This document shows positions 41,118 to 56,956 of a DNA stretch of 64,000 nucleotides, piece after piece (position 1 is the stretch's first letter; each line of letters starts with the position of its first letter). Made by a program: the position numbers and the translations under genes. A model generated the notes under the pieces. The model worked only from the letters and a program-made list of their open reading frames with translations. It had not been told where the DNA came from and did not search any database. Source of the stretch: Chrysomallon squamiferum (Eukaryota; Animalia; Mollusca); contig CM022668.1 of assembly GCA_012295275.1 (NCBI GenBank), forward strand, positions 2,480,001 to 2,544,000, given 5' to 3'.

Positions 41118-43184
41118 AATCTTCTTCTAAACACTGAACAGCAAAAAACCAATTATCACTAATTCTATGTGTTTGTATTCGAACTCTGCCAGAAAGTGAA
41201 ACACTTGAGTACAACGGCGAGTTCTGAAGACATCAGACAAACCAGCCACACAACCGACGTCGTGTCTACATTACTTACAACATCCTCTTACACCTCATCC
41301 TGTACAGTTTATCACTAATTGATTTCCATTTACGTAAGTATAAATATTTATAACAGCTAATTCGGAAAATGTCAGTGATTTAGACTCGGTTGTTCCTTCA
41401 GCTAATGACCGCAGTGTTTTTATCTCTAAGACAAACACAATTACCAGATTCAACCTCTGCGCGCTTTAATTAGGTGTTATTTTGTTGTTATTTTTAGATT
41501 AATACGGACCCTGACCAGAATTAAGTGCAAGAAAACAAGAGATTGGGACGCGGTGGTTTCGCGAGTAATTAAATAAGATTCTGTATACTGTGGTGTCGTG
41601 CCCGAGGGTTGAAATGTTTGAAGACAATTTCACTGGGAGTCAGAAGTAATCCAAACGGTAGCGATTGGTGAAAAGCTTCAAGGTTTTTGAATTACGTGGG
41701 AGTACAATGGAACTGCAGATGAAAGGATGCGCGTGATCAGAATAAGCCGGAAGTTGAAGTTAAGGTCTCACAACAGTGTTTCAATTTTGTGGTGTCGGTG
41801 AGATTGAAAGCTGTAATCAAAATATGAAAGAAGTACCACTTTAACGCTTCTTATTTCTCCCTGAAAATTTATAAACATTTTTTTTTTTTATGTCAGATAC
41901 CAGAAATAAAACATACACAAACAGAGGAATACCATTCTGTCTTCATAATCATAGTCATCATCATCATCATCATCATCATCATCACTTTCCCGCCGTCAAC
42001 ATCATCATCCTTTTTTCTTATTACCACTATTGTTGTTCTTCATCACTATCATCATCATTATTTTTATTTATTATTTATCATCATTATCATATTATCATCA
42101 TCATCATTATCATCATCATCATCATCATCATTATTATTATTATTTATACTTTATTTTATTTATTTTTTATTTATTTATTGCAGCTTTAAATATTTTATCT
42201 AAATCAGGAACAGTAGAACTGGTTTTTCATTCAAGCCCATCTGTCATGTTATTTTTGTTTTTGTTTTTGTTTTTTTCTCTCTTCTTTTTTTTTCTGTCTT
42301 AGAAACACATTCGTACAAGTCAGGCGATTATCATTAATTATTAACACGTTTTACTTAGACAAAGAATATGGTTTTAATATAACCGACGAATCACTTGCGC
42401 TTGTATCAAGTAACATCACACACCACCACGTTTTCAACGTGTATTTTTATGTCTTCTCGTGAAACAAATACATCCCAAATAGGGCCTCGCTAATGGCTGG
42501 GTTCCAAGCTCTGCTAATGATGGTCTCAAATCTAAGGAAACATACGAGACATTTTTCTGCCTCTCACGCGATTCTGTGAGTTCTCCGTAACCGCGTTTCA
42601 CTGCCGAGTGCCGGTCCGGGTCACAGCTCCGAGTTTCGTCTGACAGTCCTCCACGACGCTTCGTACAACTGGATATCGAGAATGACGTTTGTCAGTAGTC
42701 ATAGTAACGGCCCGTGAAATTCCGTGCTATGACAAAATTAGTACGGTATGTGGCGAATGCCGACTAAAAATAGCAATGGAATAATAAAAGAAAATGTTAA
42801 CTGGGTAGTTTATGAATACGATACGAAAAATCTAGTTTTTTCCGACTACGTATATAGACATACGTTTTATACATACAGTATAGATACATACGTTTTATAC
42901 ATACAGTATAGGTAGGTATATGTAGAGCTCTATCTAAATCAAATATCTTCTGATTCCTTTTCATTGTTGTATTACAAAATAATCGTATTCACAAAATCAT
43001 ACATAATTAATAAGAAACAGTGTTAAACTCTTATTTTCTGTTTTTTTTTCTCTCTCACTTTTTTCTCTCTATTTGTCTATCTTACTCTGTTTCTTTGTAT
43101 CATTTTTTTCTCTTTTTCTATCATTTCTTCCTTTTTCTTTCTTTCTCTTATCTTCTCTCAATCTCGCTTCACTCTTTTTCTCCT

Positions 43185-43237
<53 letters not shown>

Positions 43238-44030
43238 GCTCTCATGAATGTGTCTGTAAAACTGATTTCAAACAGAATAAAAAATAATAAACGCTTGAAA
43301 GATTTGTAATTTCTGGCACATGCGCAGTAATAAATCTTTCTACACTGGTTAATACATCATCATAATTTACTAACAACAAATAATTATATATCAAATTTAT
43401 TTTACGTAGGTATGCTGTACGTATTAAACTGCTTTGAAAACAAAGAAACGAGTACTTGGAATTTTTGTTTGTTTTTCTCTTTTTATTATTTAACATAAAC
43501 AAGACGAAAACACCCACAAATAAATAAATATTTAAAAAAAAAATAATGTTTTTATATTCTTTAAGTATATATGCCAATCAGCTGTCATAACTGAAATACG
43601 TTAGAAACAAGATACATTTTGTTTCTCTAAAATAAATATATATATACATATTTCAATATAATGGCACCTCTGGGTTTTACATTTAATGAATGAATGAAAG
43701 CAAATTTTCAGCATCAAATTATACTGTAATGACAAACGCAGATAAGTTTTGTTTTTATTTTTTTTAATCTTCATCATCCATTATTTTCGATTAGCAGGAA
43801 TTGATTACTAATATCAGCCTTCCCATAGACAGCACAGACAGCGACCTTCGAAAATGCAGCTGTGTCACTCTAGGTGGAACGGGAAATAACGAAATAGCGA
43901 GTGTTTAACGACAGGCAACCTGTTACCTGAGTAAAATTAACTTCCTAATTATTATTTCATCCCAAAACCTTTGATGAAGTCATGTGAGCAATGGTTTTAA
44001 CGGGAAATAACAAAAATGTAGCTCTAAGAA

Positions 44031-44090
44031 GGACAGATCTTTCGATCTCTGGCACTTCAGCACCGCATTCTAACCAATGAACTGAAAGCT
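44031..44090 (-). mobile_element. Degenerate tRNA-like sequence (SINE head or tRNA pseudogene)
   Basis: Minus strand CAGTTCATTGGTTAGAATGCGGTGCTGAAGTGCCAGAGATCG resembles the 5' two-thirds of a eukaryotic tRNA (TAGCTCAGTTGGTTAGAGCGTGGTGCT...). The T-arm is decayed. Confidence 0.3.
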
Positions 44091-44271
44091 TTGAGAAAAC
44101 TTCTTTCTTTTCTTCAATCACAGAACTCTTCACAAAACCCTTATTAAAAGATCAAACGAATTGACATGTTTCAACTTGTAACTGAATTCTGAGAAAGTCT
44201 GGAATCAATTCTTCAAACAGTTCTCTCTTCAAAACAGCGGCATGTGTTCGTACATGTTAAAACAGATGCGT

Positions 44272-44326
<55 letters not shown>

Positions 44327-44365
44327 TACGTAATTATGTATATCTGAATGTATGTGTTTATATTA

Positions 44366-44404
<39 letters not shown>

Positions 44405-45124
44405 TGTTTCTTTCTTTGTTTATTATTGTAGTTTTTGTTCTAATTTCTTCCAGTATGAACACATCTCTGTTTTACTATCTGTATGAACGCAGAAAGCTGA
44501 AATCTCAACAACCAGATTAGAAAACAGTCAACGACGATGTCAGAGAGCAAACATAAAAAACAGTAAAAAAAAAAAAAAATGAAAAAAAAAGCTGCCGATG
44601 ATTAAATTAAAAAAACACACAATTGTTTGGATCTGTTAACATCTTGAAGGAAGCCGAGTTCAGTAATTCCAGGACTTCACTTTCAGCAAGATTTGTCTGT
44701 GAGATAAGATCAGACACCGGAGATGAGGAAATGGTTGTAGTTAATTTAGTCCCTGGAGATTCTCAACTCGGCCCTGCGAGTGATGTGTTTTTTTTATTGT
44801 TTTGTTAAACACAGAGAGACTACTTTCCATAACGCACCTCTGACTTGTATAATCACCTGACTGTGTATTTCGGTGAAGTCGATTTCGCCTCCCAGCTCAC
44901 TGATTTGTATCTGCGTGTTTACACAGACTGAGCCAAAACAGCGTCGTGTCTGCAGCAAATGGATTACACATCTTGTGGAGATGCGAAATTGTGTTGCAAC
45001 ACGAGATAAATCAAGATAAATAATGAATTCAAAAGATGCTGCTGCTACGTCAGTCACACTGCTCTGTCATAACTTCGGCAGCAACAACAACCTTTCCTAT
45101 AACCACTATCTTCGTTTGCAGCAA

Positions 45125-45735
45125 AAGTATTTTCGGATGTAATCGTTTCCGGAACAAACTGCAGCCAGGATGAAGTATTTTCAGAGAGTTATCGTAGCCA
45201 CCGCGAATGATTTCCGGAAGTAATCGCGTCATTCCGAAGGTATTTTCGGACATTTTCGTATCACTCCGAAATGTTTTCGGAAATAATCGTAACCACGTTG
45301 AATTTTTTTTTTTTCCTTTTTTTTTTTTTTCAACTTCCCCTTTTTTTTCTTCTTTTTTTTGCTACAAATAATTAATCTCATTTTGCACTCGTCTGAAATT
45401 ACCTGGATTCTTATAAACAGTTTAGTGATTGTCGTTAATGTTAATTACTTCCTGTATTATATTCAATGCATTTTTTTGGTTCCGCTTTTCATTTGTCTAA
45501 TGTTTCCTCGCTGAAAGATCACATTTTTTTCAAACACACAAACATGTGAAGAAAATAGAAATTAATTTGTTTACTTCTGTCACATCCTAATGATCATCAC
45601 AAAATGATTAATATCTCAGTGACCTTCGTTTATAAAAATCTACTCTCAGATTCCGGAACTAATTGTAGCCGCCGTTAAAGATTTCCGGAAATAATCGTAT
45701 CGTTCCGAAGTGTTTTCGGAAGTTATCGTAACCAC
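45125..45735. repeat. Two clusters (45125-45300, 45648-45735) of a degenerate ~31-33 bp repeat, core TTTYCGGAARTAATCGTA
   Basis: About 5 + 3 recognisable units. Confidence 0.65.
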
Positions 45736-45933
45736 TCCTGTTTAGTAAAACAATAGCTATTTCAGCTTTTACATAATAAAACATTAGTTAGAAAATTTTG
45801 TCGATAGCTATACTGACGAAAAAAAAAAAAAAAATTAGATTCAGATTGTTTCTGATTGCAAGTCATAAATAACTTATTTAGTTTTCTATAAATACGTGAA
45901 TTTTTCTTCCGGGTTTTATTATTATGATTATTA

Positions 45934-45964
<31 letters not shown>

Positions 45965-46317
45965 GTACATTTTGCCAGAAATTCCGTTTTTCGTTCATCT
46001 TATCAGACATTTTTTTTTTTTTACAAAACCAGTTCTCCGCCGAGTTTAATTTTAGAATTTTCCAATAAAATCGATATGAAACCTTTTAAATGAACAAACC
46101 TTCTCCTTCCCTGTTTGTTCTATATTGATTTTTCTTTTCCTATATTTTTTTTTAATTAATTTTTTAAATTTTAATTTTAAAATATTTTTTTGATTTTTTT
46201 ATTTTTATTAGTGTTTGGTGAGGATTTACATATTTAGAAGTTTTGTATAATAAATTTATCTTCTGATTCTTCAAAGAAAACGTTAATTTGTATAAAAATA
46301 ACTCACATTTTTAATCC

Positions 46318-46367
<50 letters not shown>

Positions 46368-47658
46368 TAAATATTTAAAGAAAAAAGAAACAGCACAAAA
46401 AAAAGGGTATAAAATGTTCTGTTTTAGCTGGACCATGCAAATTATTTTTTTATTTTTTTTCAATACATCATAAATTCCACTAAATTCCACACACACAAGC
46501 AGACAATTTCACACTGACCGAACTACCTCCACACAAATATTTCTCTTGCACGTAATTACCAGTCGTAACTGTCGATGAATTTACGCACGCCTTACATTTA
46601 TTGTACTATTTAGACGTAAAAGATGCGTTAATCTACACGTAAAGTATTAATATAACTGACAAAAGTTTAGTGATATTTTTATGTGTATATATGTATGTAT
46701 GCATGTATGTGTGTTTTGTCTTAATGTGTATGTATGTATGAATGTATGTATGTGTTTTTTAATGTATGTATGTTCGTTTATGCATGAATGTTCTTATGTG
46801 CGTGTATGTATGTGCGTAAGTATGTATGTGTGTGTTTGTGTATATATATATATGTCAAATCATAATACGATATTGGTTTTCTTATGTACAAACATACATA
46901 ACATTCTATAACCACAAATTACAATGATAAGTACAGTAAATAAACTACAGTTTGAGTTAAAACAAGTGGAAGTAAAAAATAACGAAGTTACAAACGTCTT
47001 TGTCTGTGAAACTTTGTTCAACCTTTTCGAGTAATCGAGATTTCGGGATCGGGTTCGTCCAATCAATGCCACTTTGTTAGTTCGTTGCGGTCCGCGCTTT
47101 CCCGCTAATAGGATTGACGTTGTTATTTCTGCGGACCTCGAAATCCCGTCCACCTGACCAGTCTTGTTACTGGACGCACGTAAAACTCTTACAGGAGATA
47201 ATTACAAACCCTCTGTAGCGGTGTCCGCGAAAACACAGCACATAAAAATCTGTATTAAATAACGCAGCCATCCTCGCTCAAACAAGGGAAGTAATCCGCG
47301 TGTAATTATTCGATAATGAGGTTCGTTTCGCTCGAGCGTGCAAGTCTATTCAGTGAAGATTTGTGAAGTATTTATGGAAGAAATTAGATAAACTAATTAA
47401 GCTAGCGAAGAAAATGAAACACAAATGTTTTGTAAACAAATCCACTGTAGTTTAATAGTGTAACAATTTGCAGTGATGATCTTTATTCAAAACCAAATGG
47501 TTTGTAAAAAAAAAAGTTCTAAGGATATTTAAAAACGTAACTATTTATCATGATGATATTTACTCAAACACAAATGTTTTGTATGCAGTTGTAATGAAGT
47601 TGAAAGGTGTATTCTCTGATTCTTATGATTTCAGTAACTTTAGACTTCAAAATACTTT

Positions 47659-47801
<143 letters not shown>

Positions 47802-48675
47802 TATACTTACACCACTGTACACGCCAGTCTGATAGAGAATATGTGAAATATTTACAACTGTTACAAGGAAAAAAAAGACTTAACTGACTTTACACGCTCC
47901 TTATTACGTCTGATTAAAACTCAGTACTCGAATATTTCTAAAAAAATTTCACAATCTGAACAAGAGCTCCACTCTAATCACCTCTTCGTCTGAAGTTTAC
48001 AAACAGAGTGGTTCGTATTACCGGAATAATTCTGTAATTTGTTACTCACTGATGTCTATTTAGTGAGACAGAAATATCGCCAGTGTTTGCGATCTTCGTT
48101 CCCCGCTTTCGTCATCAGCGATCGCACTCAGCGATGAACAGAAAGCTGAGTGGGAAGGTGTGGAAGTAACGACAAACAGATGGACGGACTGGGAAGCTGA
48201 TTTAACACCGAGAGTCTAGACTCTGCAGTCACTGGCATCAGATGTCGGTTCTCCTCGCTTCCAGCTCTAATTTGACGATTGTGTAACCGCGTTTTCCTCC
48301 CCACCCCCCGTGAACGCCGATCTGAAGAAAGGTTTTCTAAGAGTTTTTATTGTTTCAAAGAGCAAGATGGTTCGACAATTAGCAGCCTCTTATTACTCGT
48401 AAGTAAAGTTTGGTGAATAAGGACTCTGGCAGCTGTGTCAGTTTTACACACAGACAGTCAGACAGAGTGCTCTGAAATGAAAATACTTTGATCTTTGTGT
48501 GCTATTGGTTATTTACGCGTTCGCTATTTTTGAACCCTCGCATTCGAGAAACGCACACACAGATATAAATATATAAATAAACAGTTCCGTAGAGATATAA
48601 GTACCAAACAGAATGTACATAAAGTTATATACAAATCAGTAATGTATACGTATATGTTATATCATGTTAATATAA

Positions 48676-48785
<110 letters not shown>

Positions 48786-49141
48786 TAACAATAATAATAA
48801 AACCCGACCCAACCGTTACGACAGCAGCAGCACCTTCAGCAACAATAATAACAACAGACGTAGCAATAACAATAAATGATGAAATAAATAAAATGAACAT
48901 TCTGTTGTACTGAAAACATTTAATAAAAATGTTTTAAAACGCACAACAATGACACATATCGATCTGTTCAAATCACTGACAAAGCTGCAACGACGTGACG
49001 CTGTACAACACGTGGCCGCTGTAACATGGTCCTATTGTCACCTACACAACAAAACACGTGGGCTGTTGGCGAACAGTTTTATCTTCTCAATTACACTGTC
49101 GACATTTCCAGTTGTGTTAATCACACCAAAACAGAAACAGC

Positions 49142-49600
<459 letters not shown>

Positions 49601-49863
49601 TCTAAATGATATTGCTCCTTGGAGAACTGAACTATTCTGTCGATAACAAAAGTCATTAATTTCTCATTTCATCAGAGGTGTTCGTCATTTCCACCTTTCT
49701 TTTACGTCCATCCAGGCCGTGTCCCAGCTGGATTCAAACTCACTGATCTGTTCACGGGGTATGTTTTATTTATACGACACAAATTCTGTATAGGTTATTA
49801 GCGAAATAATTCATTACACTCTCTTTTTCTGTCTTTACGTGTATTATATATGTATGAATGTAT

Positions 49864-49905
<42 letters not shown>

Positions 49906-49921
49906 GTCTGTCTATATATCT

Positions 49922-50019
<98 letters not shown>

Positions 50020-51104
50020 GTATATAGAAAAGAAAAATTTACTTTTTGACAAAAAAAAAAAAAAAAAAAAAGGTATTATGCTGTGCGATAACAAATTATA
50101 TCACGTCATTACATCAAATAAAATATTTAAAAAAAAAACGTTGATAAAGAGAAGCATGGTAACCAGTGACGTCACAAGAGGCTGACTTGTCACAGTGATG
50201 AATTATGAACACAATTTGCTCTTTTTATAGCCGCGTTTCCCAGCTCAGTATTTACACCAACCTGTCAAACTCTTGCTTTAACGTTGTAAATCTTTGAATC
50301 GTTAAAATCAATTAGAAAAAAGGTCACCGACTTTTTTTCTTCTTCTTTCTTCTTCTTCGTCTTCTCTGAGCCGCTTTACTAATTGAAGACGACTCAAAAC
50401 GCACGTGTTTCCACTTGGCCTCCTTGTTTTGTCTGTACAAGTATTAATCATAAGGATAAGAAATCGGAGAGAAATATTCCTACCCCGGCTTTCAAACAAA
50501 GCCAAGTGACCGCGATAAACTAAAGTCGATGTATTTCAATCTGACGACTTATCTTTCCCTTTCTAACCGTTACAAACATAAAATCGTTTTCGTTTTTATT
50601 CTGTACCTTAGAACTGCGCCAAAAGTGGCGGATACCATCTGTGAATATCGGTCTGAATTTTTTTTTTTTTATTCGACAGAAGTTACTGTGTTCGTTTCAA
50701 AATACTCTATGGAAATAAATTTATATAGATTTCTAATTAATAATAAGATTTGATTGTGAAGAAGCATGGAAAATTTCCTGTTGTTTTCGAAGGTTTAAAC
50801 GCGTCGGTGAAGAAATACAGCAGATAAGGTTTCAAAAATTGAGTTATTTCGCAAAATTAATGAACAATAAATCAATGTGTTTATACCAATAACTTTCCCA
50901 ATACGACATCGCCAATGGGGATAGCCTTGTTTTACAATTACCAGCCTCCAAACCGAGCTTACTGCCCTCGGTGTAACTGTCACTTCATTAAGCTTCATCT
51001 AGACGTTTCATATAAACATAATAAATAAACAACAACATTAATAATAATAGCAGTAGTAGAAGAATTAGTAAATACAGCAATAACAAAAAAAAATCAATAA
51101 TAAC

Positions 51105-51137
<33 letters not shown>

Positions 51138-51176
51138 AATAATAATTAATGATATTAATATTAATAATAATAATAA

Positions 51177-51216
<40 letters not shown>

Positions 51217-53705
51217 TAATAAAAGAAGAAGAAATAAATTAATTAATTAAATAAATAAATAAATAAATAATAATAATGATGATAATAATTATAATAATAA
51301 GAATAAGAAGAAGAAGAAGAAGAAGAAGAAATAAATAAATAAATTAAATAAATCAATAAAATTATTTAAATAAATATGTACTGTTCCTAAGGTCATAAAT
51401 AAATGTATAAATAAATGTATAAATAAATAAATAAACAAATAAATATGCACTGGTCCTAAGGTCATAAACAAATACATAAATCAATGTGATATACAAAATC
51501 CCTAGCTATTGCGTTGCCCGTGTCTAACGATTATATTAGAACTTGGACTGAAATCGGAACCAGCTTAGTTCTGTTAGTGTACTGGATAAACAGGTCCGTG
51601 GCAAACACAGCTTTATCGACTCCATTGATTCAGCCCTCTTGTAACGATCAATTCTTTAATAATGATTTCTCCTTCCTTTCTTTCTAATTCTTTCTTCCTT
51701 TTTTCCTTCATTATTCTTTCTTTCTTTCTTCGTTGTTCTTTCTTCATTCTTTCTTTCTTCTTCTTCTTTTCTTTTATCGTTCATACTCAGAACTGTCAAA
51801 GTTTCAAAGGTTATCTCGTTCTTATAAATTAATTCGAAAAGACGATTGCTCCAGTTGTTTTGTAGCACGTGTTTATCTGTTCAAGCGATGCACGTGAAAA
51901 TAACGAAGACGCTCTCTCAGCAGCAAGTCTCGTCTGCTCTTTGTGAAAAACGCGAGCAGTTTATCTTCCTCCGCGCGTAAATCGCTCCATCTTATCAGCG
52001 CTCCGACACCAAATAAAACAAAAACAATGAACTCCTGGCACAAAGCCGAATGTACCACAGCACTAGAAACTGCAGTTGTTGTTTTTTTTTGTTTGTTCAC
52101 TCGCAGCGTTCATGCGGAGTTAATCTCCATAATCGAAGTTATTTTCGTAAATATTATTGACGATTATCGACTACGAAAAGCTACGAAGCTTGTTTTTTTT
52201 AACAGAATCGTGCTGAGCACTGCAAATTGATTATGCGTTTCAGAAACTCCACAACCTCGTTTCTGACATCAATAATTCGGTTTAGAGACTGAGATAGGGC
52301 CAGTGATGTATTGATATATATTTTGTTTAATTTTTTTTTCTTTAATTTTTTTTTATTACTATTTTTATTTTTATTTTATTTATTTTATTTTATTCTTTTT
52401 CTTATATATATATTTTTTATTTTTTTTTTTATTTGTCTATTTGTGTGTTTTATTTTGCTTATTTATTTGCTAGATTTTGTTTGTTCGTTTTAATTTGTTT
52501 GTTTATTTATTTGTTTGTTCCTTCTTCAGTCATTTCTTTCTTTCTTTTCTTTTCTTTTATTTTATTTCAGTTTGGCTTACCAGATTAGTCAAAGAACAAA
52601 AAGAAAATGAAAAAAGAAGAAAAAAAAAAAACATGACAAAATGTAAGACCTTTTACTTGACAAATCCTACAATTACGTTACGTTAATACAGAGACTTAGA
52701 ACAAAGACATAAATAATTCAACCTTGACCTTTACGTCTAAAGCACGAGCTGTCAGAGAGAGCGGGGGGGGCGACCGCGGAATGTGTAAACTATTAGTTAA
52801 ACAAAGCTAGTAGTAATAGAATCGCAATGTTCTAAATTAAATTAAAACTTGCTCGGTGGATACATTTAATTTAAACCAAATTGCGTTTAGCCTCCTGCGG
52901 TGAGCAAAATGTGAGAAATCGGTTACACGGCGATTTAAAACGGGAGACAACTGCTTTCGTTATTGTTATAATTTCTATTTTTATACATCGATTAAAGAAT
53001 GATGCAGTTTATCGTAAATGACATCCATTGCTTCATATGATGTATATTGTATGAGCATTATATTTTTATATAATCTATTTTTATTTTTTTATTTTTTTTT
53101 TTTTTTTTTTGTTTTGTTTTCTTCGTTTATATTCCATTTTACTGATTGCCGGAAATCGAAGCAACATTTTTTTTTACGTACCGTATTCACTCGGGTATAA
53201 ACCGCACTCCAACTATTGCCTCAAAAACATATACAAAATTAATTTAATGAAATATACAGGGAATACGCTATATTGAGTATTTAATAGAACTAAAAATATT
53301 GATTTACAGATATTCTTGGGTATATTAAGGTTAAACAAAAGGAATGTACTTTGACTGATAGAACGATGGTGTAGGCAGTTTCTATTTTTATTCTACTATA
53401 TTGAATTTGAGCTGCACAAACCTGACAAAATAAACTTTAATCATGTTTGTAAGACACGTGTCAACATTTTCTATTGAATTTAGGAACACACGAAAGTGTT
53501 GCTTATACATTATTAACTACGGTAATGCACTGTTCTTTGTTTTACATGAACTAAAACGCATAATGATTATTTCGATAAAAACAAAAATAACAGCAAATGC
53601 AACAAACACTAACTACAACAACAGGTACAGCAACAATAATAAATAAATAAATAATCATAAATAACAACAACAACAAGAATAAGAATAATAATAATAATAA
53701 TAATA

Positions 53706-53750
<45 letters not shown>

Positions 53751-55194
53751 ACTTCATCTATTAACAGGGTTACGTTCTTCAAAATAACATATATATGTAA
53801 TTTTAAAAATGCACGTAACGATAATAACAAAATGTTCCTGTGTTGATTGATGGATTGTTTCCAGTTATTTCGGAGTCAAATGTCAGTTTGTACCGCCGAA
53901 ATGTCATAACGAAATATCAGCGTTTATAACTGTGCAAATCCCTACATAATAAAAATTCCATATCATAATTATGTCAGTAAAATATCTGCTCTTCAAAAAT
54001 ATCATGTTATTAATACATAAATAAATAAATAAATAAATAAATAGGTAAATAAGTAAGTAAATAAATAAATAAAAAAGTATATAAATTATATATATATATT
54101 GTAAGTAAAAAAATAATAATAATAAATCTCTGAATTTCATGATTATATATTATATATCTGATCTTGGTGAAATATCTTCATCATAATTATGTTTAGTTTA
54201 ACAGCAGATAAAATATCAGTATCAGTTGAGATATATCTATATATCCGTTATAAGATATTATGATTACGTCATGGTGAATTATCATCGTATCTTTGAAATA
54301 TATCATTTATCATTATAATAAATGTTAAATAATTAATGTTAAATGTGGTAAAATAGTGGTAAAATACAGTGGTTAAATATAGTGGTAAAATGCACTGGTG
54401 AAATGCACTAAACTACAGTGGTAAAATGCAGTGCTGTGTGTCTGTCTGTGTGTTTCTATACTTGACATTTCACGATGTTGACAACGCAGCACACTATCTA
54501 CATCTACATCTACATCAACATCGGCCACCGGCTGAAACAATGACAAAGAAAACACATCGGACAAACTCGGTTATTTCCGGCACTAATCACGTGCTGGGCA
54601 GACGACTTCAAGTCGCAGACAAATAAAAATCGTTTTCCTCAAACCTCCTCTCATCTAGTGTCGTTCAGCCCAGGGAGACCAAACAGTTTTATTAATGACA
54701 AACCTCACACAACTCAGTGTCTGGAATTCGAAAAGTTTTCGTAATGGCAATTTAGAAATTAGTACAGTGAAACTGGGCCTATATTTCTTGTCTTGAAATT
54801 ACAGAAAAATTTGCATCATATGTCCTCATTCAATGACACCATGTAGTGGTACAAATATAACATTTATATCTTTATTTTCATACAACAGTAAAACCTAATG
54901 AGTATATCTTTATTTTCATACAACAGAAAAACTTGTAAAGTATGTCGTTATTTTCAAATCAGAGTGAAAGTTATTTAATATGTTTTCAGTCTTCAAACCT
55001 CTGTGACATATATAATATGTTCTTGTGATGAAAACACAAAGCAACTAATAAATTAGGTTATAATCATGATTAAAATCATTCTGGAGAATTTAGAATTTGC
55101 CCATACCAGGCGTGCATGAATAAACCTTCAATGGAAAAAATGTCATAATACTTAATAGTAAATACAACACTTTTCTTGTGAACTGGTTTCCTGT

Positions 55195-55630
55195 GTTTCT
55201 ACGTCAAACTCAACGTGTAGACACAGTTCAGCGTTCTGTACGTCAAACTCAACGTGTAGACACAGTTCAGTGTTCTGTACGTCAAACTCTACGTGTAGAC
55301 GAAGTTCAGTGTTCTGTACCTCAAACTCTACGTGTAGACGAAGTTCTGTGTTCTGTACGTCAAACTGTACGTGTAGACACAGTCCAGCGTTCTGTACGTC
55401 AAACTCTACGTGTAGACGAAGCTCAGTGTTCTATACGTCAAACTCTACGTGTAGACACAGTTCAGCGTTCTGTACGTCAAACTGTACGTGTAGATGAAGT
55501 TCAGCGTTCTGTACGCCAAACTCTACGTGTAGACACAGTCCAGCGTTCTGTACGTCAAACTGTACGTGTAGACGAAGTTCAGCGTTCTATACGTCAAACT
55601 GTACGTGTAGACGAAGTTCAGCGTTCTGTT
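55195..55630. repeat. Minisatellite, 39-bp unit TACGTCAAACTCTACGTGTAGACACAGTTCAGCGTTCTG, ~11 copies
   Basis: Period 39; explains the 13-aa repeat ORF 55178-55696. Confidence 0.95.
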
Positions 55631-56292
55631 CGTGCAAGATGGAATATTCTCCAGAGGTTCACTTCGTATCAGTTTCTTCTCCTAATGCAGACATAAAATA
55701 AATCTTCTGTCACCCAGTAGAGCCATTTGTAAATCACTAGAATAATATGTTCCATAAAACTGTTATTGTCTGTTGCCTTACAGCGGGTCCTGTCCCCCCG
55801 GGGACGTTCAGAACGAGGTCTTTAACAGAAAGTGTCTGCATTTATTGACACAAGCCGTGTACAGTGACCCATACACTTTACGTTTACTGATGCAGTACGC
55901 TCGAATCCGGCAGGGGTTTATTTTCCTTTTAACTCGCATCTGAATAAGCTCTGTTTACAAACATTGGATTTCTATTACCTTTTTTATTGTTTCTTCTTTT
56001 TTGTTTTTGTATTCCGGCTCTGCGTTTGTCCATACTCGCTGGAGTGTTAAGTTAAAACTGATGTATTTTCATTGGTTGTATTATTTATTTAATACATCTG
56101 ACTCAATTTGGTATCAGTTACTGTGGATATTGGAAACAACACGTCACACTGTTGTCATATTAATACCAGTTAATTCACGCGAACTAATCTCTTTGTGTAC
56201 TGCTTGTTTTTGTTGTTCAGTTAATGTGTGTATAAAATAAATATTAATCTACCTTCGAGATTAGAACTCATTTCGTGGATTCTGATTGTATC

Positions 56293-56432
<140 letters not shown>

Positions 56433-56915
56433 CATATGTATGTATCTAAATATATCTGTTTGTGAGAGCATGTACGTGCGTGCGTTTATGTGTGTATATG
56501 TTTGTGTTTCAGGATTTCTTTTGCATGTTTGTGTAAGAGAGTGTAAATGTGTGGGTGCATATTTATGATTAAATTTAGCCCATAGATGAAATTAAAGAAA
56601 CGAAGTTATGCCTTAAATTAAGTAAAGCAATATTCGTTCGTTTTTTGTGAGACCGTCATTTTTTTCTCCATACGATATATTTATTACATAATTTGCTGCA
56701 AACGCATAATAATGGGAGAAGTTTATAACAATCTGATGCCTAAATGTTGTTGCTGGTGCTGAACAGTTCGTTGCCGTATATTATTTAAGTATCTGAACTA
56801 GTGTTTTGTAATAATTATGCTATATAATTAGGCAGAAAGCCAAATTTTTTATTCTCAATTACCAATTTATATTACAGAATAATTTAATTTTAGAAAAATT
56901 ATGTATCCAGTATTC

Positions 56916-56956
<41 letters not shown>

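Noticed and set aside
44031-44090. Functional tRNA gene
   Set aside because: No intact T-arm (GTTCGA) or acceptor stem pairing; kept only as a tRNA-like remnant.
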